From: Marsupella aquatica
Taxonomy: Eukaryota; Plantae; Marchantiophyta
Length of the DNA stretch: 64,000 nucleotides
Reading direction: 5' to 3'
Assembly (NCBI GenBank): GCA_973895155.1
Contig: OZ316892.1
Coordinates: forward strand, 15,492,861-15,556,860
Shown: in pieces, positions 53,101 through 62,856 of the stretch
Layout: every line of letters starts with the position of its first letter
Position numbering within the stretch: position 1 is the first letter of the stretch
Translations under genes and position numbers: made by a program
Notes under the pieces: model-generated
What the model was told of the DNA's origin: nothing
Seen by the model: the letters and a program-made list of their open reading frames with translations, nothing else
The model's database searches: none

Positions 53101-54097
53101 TGACCCTGAGCCTGAGTCTGCGTTGGTACGGGTACGGGTATGGGGTCCACTGGGCTGGCGCTGGTGGTTGCGGGTCTAGTTCCCATGAAGCTCTGCAGGT
53201 GCTGGTAGAAGTTCTTCGAAGCAAGTGCGGATGACCTTGTCGAACGGGTAGTGCTGGACTCGCTGTTGATGATAGCCCGAACCTAAGCAGGGATGTGGTC
53301 AAAGTGATGTCGTTGCAAGTCGATCGTACCCGGGATATTGAAGACCTCGTCCGGAAGCCGAAGCAATGCTTCCCAGAAACCGATATATTTGTCTCCGTTG
53401 AAGAAGTACCCAGATACCTCTGCTGGTCGGTAAAGCTCACTCTAAGATGGGTAGTCAAAGTTAAGGATGTAGTGGTGTCGTCCTGCTAGGCGGATGGCTC
53501 TGTCGTACTCGCGTTCGATTTCGTATCGGCGCGGGTTGGCGTGTTTCAATGAGTCGGCCAAGTGCCTTCCGGTAGATAGGAACTGCGTCCAGAATTGAAT
53601 GGCCAAGCTGGAGAGGATCGTGTGCGACATTCAGAGAAGATAGTAGTGGCGACTTAGAGCAAACGAGAGAGCTGGGGTCGAAGCTGGCGCGTGGACTGAT
53701 GGACTGGTGCACTCCAAAGGGTCGGCTCCCTTTTTATACCTTGAGGGCTTGTCGATCCCCCAACATCTCCTCGCTGCCTATAGGCTGAACCGTTCACGCT
53801 TGTAGTGTACCGGCCACTCCGCCGGTCTGAGTCACCGCGTGTCAGTGGACGCCTCCCGAAGTTCGTTATACGGACCCGAGGGAGGGGCCCCTCCACGCTC
53901 GTAACCCGGGCATGCGAATGGCGACGCGCTGCCAGCCCGAATATGAATTCCCCTTATTGACTAATGATTTCCTACTCATAATGGCTACCTAAATACTGTC
54001 GCTATGCTAATCATAGCGGCCTAAGATACCCCTTACGCGCGTGCTAGGCATGGTTTAGACCGAATTGCTCATTACTCGCCGTACCGGCAGCGTCACA
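50142..54097 (-). repeat. Right arm (position of the 5' LTR); homologous to the left arm over 50263-54097, with ~120 bp of unique inner sequence ending GACGTGACA
   Basis: Reverse complement of 40654-44543; TATAAAA on the minus strand at 53738-53732. Confidence 0.88.
51038..53630 (-). pseudogene. Second copy of the arm-encoded ORF, with different stops and small deletions
   Basis: Same peptide as 41121-43766; TAG stops at 53442, 53283, 52950 and 52327, where the left copy has CAG. Confidence 0.8.
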
Positions 54098-54789
54098 ATA
54101 CCAAATCCCCTCCTCGCCCGCGGATATGACAACACAAACTCAATTGAAGTTACTCTGCGATGCGAAGACGATCGCGAAAGAGTGAGGAGATGATGAAAGT
54201 CAAATAATGAGAACACTGTTAGGAATGGAGATGAGTTGAGAGGTCCGAATGACATATAGTGCATTTTGGGAGCCTCAGATCTTTTGAAACGGTTTTGCGT
54301 TTCACGCTTCACTCATGAGGAAGGGGACATTGGATTTTGTCATGATATGATCTGGTGTAGTGCTGTTGCTGCAACCGTTAACACCCGTGCTTTCTAATGA
54401 GTGCTTTTTGTGTGGGTCATGACCGCACAAAGTATTTCGTGCAAGAATGATGGGCAGAGTTATGGCTAGCAACTTTGCTGGCTTGATGTACATTGGAATT
54501 ATATATTGAATTATGGTGCCATCGACGACCGTTTGTATCTGGGGAATACGTAATATGTACCAATCCATCGTCGGGATCGCTTTTTAAACCTAACGGGAGT
54601 TAAATAAATAGGTGGAATAGAAGGTTCCTTTTAGGCTAGCAAGAGTCACTTTATGCTAGCGAGGTTGTTTTTGTGCCAAATTTTGGGTATTCCAAGGAGA
54701 AAATGATCCCATGCGAGGAATTTTTGTACTATTTCCTCGCAAGCTACAATGACCCTCAAGAGCATAACTTAATCAACAAACAATATGTG

Positions 54790-55060
54790 AAAACTATTAT
54801 TGATTCTTATGACTTTGTTTTGGCAGAGTACCTTATCGCCCAGACAAAGCATAAAACTGTTATCGACACTTCTTTCTTTGTTGAATATGTGAAGATTGTT
54901 TTGTCAGAGTACCTTACCGCCCAGACAGAGCGGAAAAACTATTAAGAGTTGCTTCTTTCTTTGTTGAATATGTGAAGATTGTTTTGTCAGAGTACCTTAT
55001 CGCCCAGACTGAGCGTAAAACTTGTTACAAATATTTTTCCCCCGTTGAATATGTAACAAT
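54790..55060 (+). repeat. Short degenerate tandem repeat (TTGTTGAATATGTGAAGATTGTTTTGTCAGAGTACCTTA.CGCCCAGAC)
   Basis: 2-3 copies visible at ~54815, ~54878 and ~54961. Confidence 0.8.
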
Positions 55061-55169
55061 CCTTCTTGACAACATACCCTTGTGAGCGTGAAAACTGTTA
55101 TTGACTATTCTTTATCCAATGACTAAGTTTATTGGACCAACATCCAAGAACCTTTGACAGCAAGTTTAG

Positions 55170-56060
55170 GGTGCTCTCTGAGATGCCATCTTGCGGAGGT
55201 ATGAAGCCTAGAGCCATGTTAGAGAGGCTCTCCAAGATTAGATCTTGCACCAAATCTCACCAAGGACCATGTTAGAGAGGCTCTCCAAGATGCCATCTTG
55301 CGAAGGTATGAAGCCTCAAGCCCTCTCTGACATGGTCCTTGGTGAGATCCGGTGCAAGATGGCATCTCTCGACCTGACATATCACCATCTCTTGACCTGA
55401 CATGTCATCTCGGAGAGCCTCTCCGACTTAAGTCCCGACCTTACATGTCATCTCAGAGAGCCTCTCTAACATGGATCTTGCCCTGATATGTCGTCTCGGA
55501 GAGCCTCTCTGACATGGGTCCTCACCTGACATGTCATCTCAAAGACGCTCTCTGACATGAGTCTCGCCATGACATGTCATCTTGGAGAGCCTCTCTAACA
55601 TGGGTCCTCACCTGACATGTCATGTCAGAGACACTCTTTGATAGGTCTCGTCATTACATGTCATCTCGGAGAGTCTCTCTGACATGGGTCCTCACCTGAC
55701 ATGTCATCTCGGAGACGCTCTCTGACATGGGTCTCGCCATGACATGTCATCTTGGAGAGCCTCTCTGACATGGTTCCTGACCTGACATGTCATCTTGGAG
55801 ACCCTCTCCAACTTAAGTCCCAACCTTACATGTCATCCTGGAGAGCCTCTCTGACATGGGTCTCGCCCTGACATGTCATCTCGAAGAGCCTCTCCAACTT
55901 AAGTCCCGACCTTACATGTCATCTTGGAGAGCCTCTCTAACATGGGTTGCGCCCTGATATGTCATCTCGGAGAGCCTCTCTGACATGGGTCCTCACTTGA
56001 CATGTCATCTCGGAGACAATCAGGAACATGTCCCAACTTGAGACTGGCCTCACATGTCAT
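55170..56060. repeat. ~43-bp minisatellite (GACATGTCATCTCGGAGAGCCTCTCTGACATGGGTCCTCACCT) with an orientation switch near 55300
   Basis: More than 12 degenerate units; units at 55214 and 55268 are in the reverse orientation. Confidence 0.9.
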
Positions 56061-56489
56061 GCGAGTACTGTATATTTTTTGCAATTAAAGCCGATCGTTG
56101 AATGATTGTACTCATTAATACCAAGTAATGATAGGAAATCTTATCTGGTCAGGAATCAATTGTACCAAGGATATTATGGCGTGAAGGGGTAATGATAATG
56201 AAAGCATTTGTACAGGTAGTTCAGTGTTGCAACTCTGACATGAGTTAAATCCAGGCATTCATCATTATCAGAGTACAGCTACATATAAGCCAATAAACTA
56301 CTAACATGTCAACCTCCTCCTGTGGCCCCTACCACCTATAATCAATGAGTGGCCCCATAGATCTCTCATTTCTTGGATGGGACTCGACCTGCGTGACGGC
56401 GGTAGTGAATTCAGTTGTGATGCCCCTAGATCTTCCGTTGCCTAATGATGATGATGACTACATCCATCTCTTGCCTTTCCTCATTTGAA

Positions 56490-57185
56490 TTGCAATTGAG
56501 GTGGAGCAAGTGCAAGTACGGATGCGATTGTGGATTGAGTGTCTGTGTGCCTTAGTTGCTGTGTGATCTTTCCCTCTCCGTGCGCTGTAGATTGAGCTCA
56601 GGTGCAGTGCAAGTGCGAGTGCGAGTGCGCTGTAGATACCTCCCAAATACCTCCCAAATAATCAATGAGGCGGTGCGGGTGCAAGTGCGGGTGTGTTTGT
56701 GGATTGAGTTCTTGGTGCAATTGAGTGCTGTGAGTTGTGACAGTGCGAGTGCAAGTGCTGTGTGAGTGGTGGAAGTGGTGCGATTGAGTGATGTGAGCTG
56801 TGGGCGATGCAAGTTGAAGTGCTCTTGGAGACTGCTATTGTTTGAGCTGTGGGCGATGCAAGTTGAAGTGCTCTTGGAGATTGCTAGTGTTTGAGTTGTG
56901 GGCAATGCAAGTGTTGTGGCTGGTGCAAGTGTCGTGCGAGTGCCAGTGATTGTGCTTGCTGCAATTGAGTTATGGGCGGTGCAAGTGCTATGCGATTGAC
57001 AGTGATTGAGGTGTGGACGGTGCAAGTGTCCTGCAAGTGCCAATGATTGAGCTTGCTGCGATTGAGCTATGGGTAGTGCAAGTGTTGTGCGGCTGGCAAT
57101 GATTGAGGTGTGGACGGTGCAAGTGTTGTGCGAGTGCCAGTGATTGAGCTTGTTGCGATTGAGCTATGTGCTATGCAAGTGAAGC
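56490..57185 (+). repeat. Low-complexity GTGCAAGT/GATTGAG degenerate repeat
   Basis: Recurrent GTGCAAGTG and GATTGAG motifs. Confidence 0.8.
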
Positions 57186-57273
57186 AAAGTGAAAAGCGTT
57201 TTGAAAATGACAGGGAAGAGGAAGCAATCCGCTCCCTCTCCTTCATCGTCTGGTTGGCAGACCAGATTAAAGA

Positions 57274-57876
57274 TGTCGTGCGCATACATATCGCTACACA
57301 ACATACATTGCTTGTCACATACATCCAAACATAGTCACACTGCCACATCACAAACACAAGAGAATGGAATACAAGTGGAACTCATGTCCACACATGTCCA
57401 AAACCCACAATAATCTCCATACAATCGGCACAACGATCCTGGTCAACAATACCCCATTGATCCCGCACCGATCCGATCACACACGTATGTCAAGCCAACG
57501 CACCTTGCACTACTCAAGGAATCCACGTTACACAAGCGGAGCTCACAGCCACCATAGCCACTCAAGCTCCTCTCTCTCCAAGGCTCAACATTGAAAGATG
57601 ACCTTTCAATGCCTCACAAGTGAGAAGTACCCTCTCACACAAACCTGACGGAACCTTATCGGCTCCAATAATACTCATACCAAACGTACATACTCTAATA
57701 GCACGATATACTACTACACTACTCAGAATGGTGTGACAGTTGTCGTGCGCATACATATCGCTACACAACATACATTGCTTGTCACATACATCCAAACATA
57801 GTCACACTGCCACATCACAAACACAAGAGAATGGAATACAAGTGGAACTCATGTCCACACATGTCCAAAACCCACA
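57274..57876 (-). repeat. 3' LTR region of the PHD-integrase element, with identical 138-bp direct repeats at both ends
   Basis: PPT-like AAGGGGGCGAT precedes TGTGGG at 57876; ends CGACA at 57274; 57274-57411 equals 57741-57878. Confidence 0.7.
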
Positions 57877-58051
57877 ATCGCCCCCTTAGTTGAGAGTAAG
57901 GTCCCCTAACTCTAGCTAGCTATGAGTTCTACAAGGTTGATATACACCTTTTTAGGTGTGAAGATCAGGAGGTCGGGTGCAAGTGAGCCCCATCGATCAC
58001 CTACCTGCAATCCATATCTGCCAAGATAACACAAATGATAACTAGTCGGCT

Positions 58052-59172
58052 TCACCGACACTGAGGACACAACCATGATCCACTAGGAATCACCTGCAAT
58101 GGTGGTGTCAAACATGACATGTGCCATCCTCTAGAACACTTATCACAAATCAACATAGTAGTTGCTCCCTGAGCAGATCCACACAACATATATTTCAAGC
58201 CAGCACGAACATGTGCCAAGCTTGGATCTATTGTACCATCAATGTTGGGAAGGTGACATGGTGCACAGTTGCGCACATGATCCTTCCAAACCATACCATC
58301 GCGTTCCTCCAACATCAGGACACCAGAAGGCAACACTTCACGCACACGTAAGATTGTCCGGCCTGTGGTCACATCAAGTATTGTGGGTGCTGTCTGCTGC
58401 AAATAAACATAATCACCAGGATGAAATCGTCGAATGCTTGCACGGTAACCTCCTCCACGAATAGTGGCATACCTCAAAGTATCACGATGTTGGGCAATGG
58501 CAAGGTTGTCAAAAGCCATGGGCATCACTCTCTGAAATACCCGTGCTCTCTCTAAACACACCTTGATCCAAACATCAGGATCATCCAAGTTCACAACTGG
58601 TGCAACATCATGACGAATAGCTGCTGGCAAATCTGGCTCTCTACCATAGAGCAAAAAGTAAGGTGAGAAGGATGCAAGTGATGCTTGCCGACTGAAACGG
58701 TAGCCCATAGCTAACCAAGGTAGCTGGAGATCCCAATCTCCCAGATGACCAACCTGCAAGCCATACTTAGCAATTCTCTCTTCACAGTTTGCACAACTCT
58801 CTCAGCTAATCCATCTGCCTCAGGATGATCACGAGAGGTAGTACGATGATCAATCAAAACTTGTTCACACAAACTCTCAAACTCTCCACGGAACTCAGTT
58901 CCCTGATCAGTCAACACCTCAGCTGGTGCTCCAAAATGACTGAGTACGCGATCCAAAAATGTAGCAGCAACTCCTCCACTGGCTTTATCTGGCAATGCCA
59001 CTAGCTCAATCCACTTGGAGAAGTGCTCCACCATGACCAAAACATACTGATTATGGCGTTGGGTAAGAGGTAATGGATCAGCAAAATCCAAACTCCAACG
59101 ATATCCCAAACCCATGATCGGTAACGGGTGCAACTGGGGAGTGGGAGCATTAAATGATGCTCTCACTCTATC
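58052..59172 (-). pseudogene. Ty3/Gypsy integrase with a C-terminal PHD finger; frameshifted and 5'-truncated by a CACTA insertion
   Basis: WSLDFA, EHFSKW, TDQGTEF, DGLAER, SPYFLLYGR; then (Y)MLC..MLICDKCSRGWHMSCLTPPL..IPSGSWLCPQC (C4HC3 with the first Cys changed to Tyr). Confidence 0.92.
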
Positions 59173-60469
59173 CACTAGAAGAAAACGTCCCCTTTTGAGA
59201 CCCTATGCTTTGTGACTTTAGGGAGACTTTCAAAAATACATGACTCCAAGTTTAGGGGAGTCATTGTTGTTACATTTTATCAACTGATTTTTGGGGGATA
59301 TTTGTGAAAGTCATTCCTACAACTTCTGATAAAGTAGCAATTGTAACACTAGTAGGGCAGTCATATGTAAGTTGAATAAGCTACTCTCCATTACGGCATT
59401 CTGAAATAGAGTGCAAGAAGGATTACATGCACTCTAGACATCACGGAATGTTCCATTTACAACCCTTGACTTGCAACTTGCGGAGTCGGGAGCACTAGGT
59501 GCACATAGAAGGAATGGGGGTTTAGGGTTGCAAAACTAGTTAAATGTCTTCATGTCAAGAGCATTGTAGCTAGTTATCCTAGCTAGCCTAATTAAACGTG
59601 CATGGGAGTACTTGCCTCTATAATAGTAAGTATGCTGCTCAATGGATTCCTTAGAGTTCATGGGCAACTTTGACAAGAATATTGGGGTGATATCATTTTC
59701 AATTCAGGGCTAAAGTAGTGTTTGGCCCCCATTCTTTGTCCACCCTCCCTAAGTGGCATGTGTAAGGGTTAATTTACAGTTGCGTTCTAAGAGGTTACAG
59801 TTGCGTTCATTTAATCTTTGCTCACAAAGTGTCGTGTCCAATTTGCTTTAGGGTACTAACATGTGTATCAACGGCTCATGTCAACGCAAAGTGGTCGAGG
59901 CTCATTGGGTTTGGTTCACTAAGTGTCACTAAGTGTTAAGGTATGCTTTGTGCGTGAGTGTGCCTTTGGACACGAGTTTAGGGTGCGCGGGTTTTGTTTA
60001 GGGTTTAAACACGCCAGCAGAGTGCAAAGTTCAGTTCAATGTGCGTGGGAACTCGGAGGGTTTTGTTTCAAAAAAACTCACTTGTCCATTACGGGGACAT
60101 TCGTCGTGCCTGAAGGTCGTCACATTGTGCGCGGTCTCACAAAGTGGGGAGTGTGCTTCGCGATCGGGGCAATTCCTTCGCGTAGGGGAGTTTTGCGCTT
60201 GGAGCTTGAAGGTTTACCTTCAAAGCTCTAGAGCATTCAAGCTGAGAGGGCGACCGGCTTGCGGAGTGGAGAGGTGAGCTGCAGTGGACGACGAGCTCTA
60301 GGACTGGGAGGAGCTGTGGGCGGGCAGGAGCTACAATTTGGGAGCTGCTCTGGCCGCCGGTCTGGCCGAGGAGCTACGAGCGGAGAGCAGCTGGAGTGGA
60401 GCTCGAGCGGAGTGGAGCTGGAGTGGAGTGCTTCTGTCACACACTGCTGAGGATTGCTACGTAGCTTCA

Positions 60470-60812
60470 GTTTGGGCGGCGGTGCGAGCAGAGGTGCTAA
60501 GAGCGGCTCAGGTGCCAAAGGAGGTGGTGCGAGCGGAGGTGCGAGCGGAGGTGCTGAGAGCGGCTCAGGTGCCAAAGGAGGTGGTGCAAGCGGAGGTGCG
60601 AGCGGAGGTGCTGAGAGCGGCTCAGGTGCCAAAGGAGGTGCTGAGAGCGGAGGTGCGAGCGGAGGTGCTGAGAGTGGCTCAGGTGCCAAAGGAGGTGCTG
60701 AGAGCGGAGGTGCGAGCGGAGGTGCTGAGAGCGGCTCAGGTGCCAAAGGAGGTGCTGAGAGCGGAGGTGCGAGCGGATGTGCTAAGAGCGGAGGTGGTAA
60801 GAGAGGTGCTAT
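60470..60812. repeat. GC-rich tandem repeat with 57-60-bp units built from GGAGGTGC/GAGCGG
   Basis: About 5.5 units; reads APPLAPEPLS on minus and GGASGGAESGSGAK or VLRAEVRAE on plus. Confidence 0.9.
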
Positions 60813-62514
60813 TGGATCACTGAGAAGGTTGCAACCTCTCTATCTTATTCCTACTATCTGGCGGTTGCAGTTGGAAGGAGGGTCGAGTGGCGAACATTTT
60901 GTCAGTTGAGGACTCAGCTGCGGGTTTGTCATTTCCTGGAGCTCAATCGCTTGCTACTAAGACTACTGTTGCTGCAATTGCAAGTTGCTTGATCATGAGC
61001 TACCTAGCTCCATTGTGAGTTGCCTCCCTATTCTCCTTGTTCTCCCTGTCTCCCCCTTGCTTGCAGTTACTATCACCAGGAAGAATGTGTTTGGCCAAGA
61101 TGCTAGATTGCGACTTGTCTTCTTGCTTCTAGCTCGTGTATATGCTGGCATCCGTGGGGGTTCCTCGAGTTTGAGTCTGCAGAGGAAGAGTCTATCATAG
61201 TCTAATTAAATGTGGGCCATATTACTCTGGTCAATGAATGAGTTCCCTGGAAATAGAACCTCTCTGATTATAGAGGTGCGATTTGGTCAGAATTTTTTCC
61301 CCTCTCATTGTATCCACTGATGCCAACTCACTTTCATCACCTCAATTCTGAACAATGAGCGTAGTCTCAGGCTCCATACTGCCTATACTGAATGGTCTAG
61401 CTGCGATGTCCACCTCGGCTGAAGTGAGCTCTGACTTGGAGCCTTAACATTTGTGTTCTGTGGGGCTGATTAGAGTTGGTTCCGTCCAGAAGCTGCTCTA
61501 CTGAAGTGATAGAGCTCCGGCTTGGAGGTGGATCTTCACTTTTTTGTGGGTCTGAGTGACTTCTGTCTAGCTGGGCTTAGCTGAGTCAGTAATACATTCA
61601 AAAGAGGTGAGTATCCCTGACCAACATTTATTTACTCTTGACCACGCCAAACTAATGGCGCTTCAATTTGAACTTTCTAAGTCTGACTGCTGACTCCGCT
61701 CCTTAAAACCTACCTTAATTATATTCATGTCTTTCTTTTGTGCATGCGCATAATGTCTTTCATTCAGTTTAACATTAAATGTGAGACAGGGCTGCATCCA
61801 GCTCTTCTAGATGACAAGAAGGCATTGATCAGTTGCTTTTTTATCTTTCCTCACCAAACAAGAAATCTTTCTTACAAGAAACCTATCTTACAAGAAATCC
61901 AGCCTGGCCGAGAAGCTGCAAGTGGGGAGGATGTCTGTAGAAATTTGTAAGGAGTGGTTTGTCTCACAATGCCATTGTTGACGAAACCTTGCTTCTGCTG
62001 ATGAAACCTTGCTTCTTCTTAATCCAATGCTTGCTGCCTTGTTACAACGTTTGTCTAGTTGACCACTTCAGTGCCTATTCTTCATTTCCTGTTGTTCCAT
62101 TTTTGGAAATTTATGCTTAAGGAACCTGCATTTCCTTCCCTGTCCCCATGCTATCTCCACTGCACCTTCCACTGCTAGCTATGTTGATTCCTTCCATTGC
62201 TAGCTCTAGACAATGATGCAGTCCAAATGCTGATCAGTCTCACTGGGGGTGCCGGTGCAGACACAACTCGCACTGTGTGATTGTAGTTTTGCTTTGTCGG
62301 GACGAATGTGTTTGGCTAAGATGCTAGATTATGGCTTATCTTCTTGCTTCCATCTCGTGTATATTCAATTAGTAGAAGCTGGGAACGAAGTGAAAATTGA
62401 ATTTCCTTATATTAAGCATCCTGACCTAGAAACTCAATACATAAACTCCTGGAGTCCCTCGGGACATAAAATGAGCCAAATTGTTTCAAAATTGGGAACC
62501 TGCACCCGCACTAC

Positions 62515-62856
62515 TCAAACAAATGTGTTGGGCTTGGTGGCCTTGTAAGTCGTCTTTAGCTTTCGCGATGGAGGTTGAATCTTGCGGTACGTCAAGGGGA
62601 ACTTGATCTTTGAATCATGGAACTGCTTGGTACTTTCTCGCTTGCACAGAGAGACAGGGACTGTCGTAGTCTTGATGATCTGGATGCAAGGGAACCAAAC
62701 TCTATGACAAGAAGCCATCTCATCATACATCTGCTCTACAGCGATGTTCAATGTGGTATCACGATATTTCTTGTACATGTTGGGATAACCTGTACGACTC
62801 TGATACCTCACCCAAATACCGAAGTTCTTAATTGTGGTGGGCTTCTTTTCGAAGAT
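62515..62856 (-). pseudogene. RPL18A: Last exon of 60S ribosomal protein L18a (eL20), isolated and diverged
   Basis: CAG|[57 protein letters not shown]. Substitutions at normally conserved sites (HN->PN, SRHRVR->SCHRVW); no upstream RPL18a exons seen in the window. Confidence 0.85.

Larger units (their letters stand above)
40654..54097 (-). mobile_element. Ty3/Gypsy retroelement with ~3.9-kb INVERTED terminal repeats and 5-bp TSD
   Basis: ATACC|TGTGACG at 40649-40660 and CGTCACA|ATACC at 54091-54102. Internal gag-pol with PBS and PPT. Arms 40654-44543 and 50263-54097 are reverse complements. Confidence 0.95.
30600..54750. mobile_element. Large Mutator-like DNA transposon (boundaries approximate), interrupted by the 40654-54097 retroelement
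   Basis: Contains a MULE-type transposase and a divergent accessory gene. The same GCTAGCGA motif occurs from 30607 to 39773 and again at 54635-54668 beyond the insertion. No TIR/TSD could be identified. Confidence 0.55.

Noticed and set aside
40654-54097. Two independent head-to-head insertions, or an assembly mirror artefact, as the explanation for the inverted arms
   Set aside because: One TSD brackets both outer ends, neither arm has its own TSD, and the arms carry independent substitutions and indels. Not fully excluded without reads.
40654-54097. DIRS-type element
   Set aside because: It has a protease, a DDE integrase and a TSD; no tyrosine recombinase was seen.
54713-54740. Hairpin GCGAGGAA..TTCCTCGC as a TIR or Helitron end
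   Set aside because: No convincing partner near 30.5 kb and no CTRR terminus; kept only as a possible boundary.
55170-56060. CRISPR-like array
   Set aside because: The units are degenerate tandem copies without unique spacers; eukaryotic context with no cas genes.
56552-57043. Thr/Ala/His-rich 163-aa ORF
   Set aside because: Translation of a low-complexity GTGCAAGT repeat.
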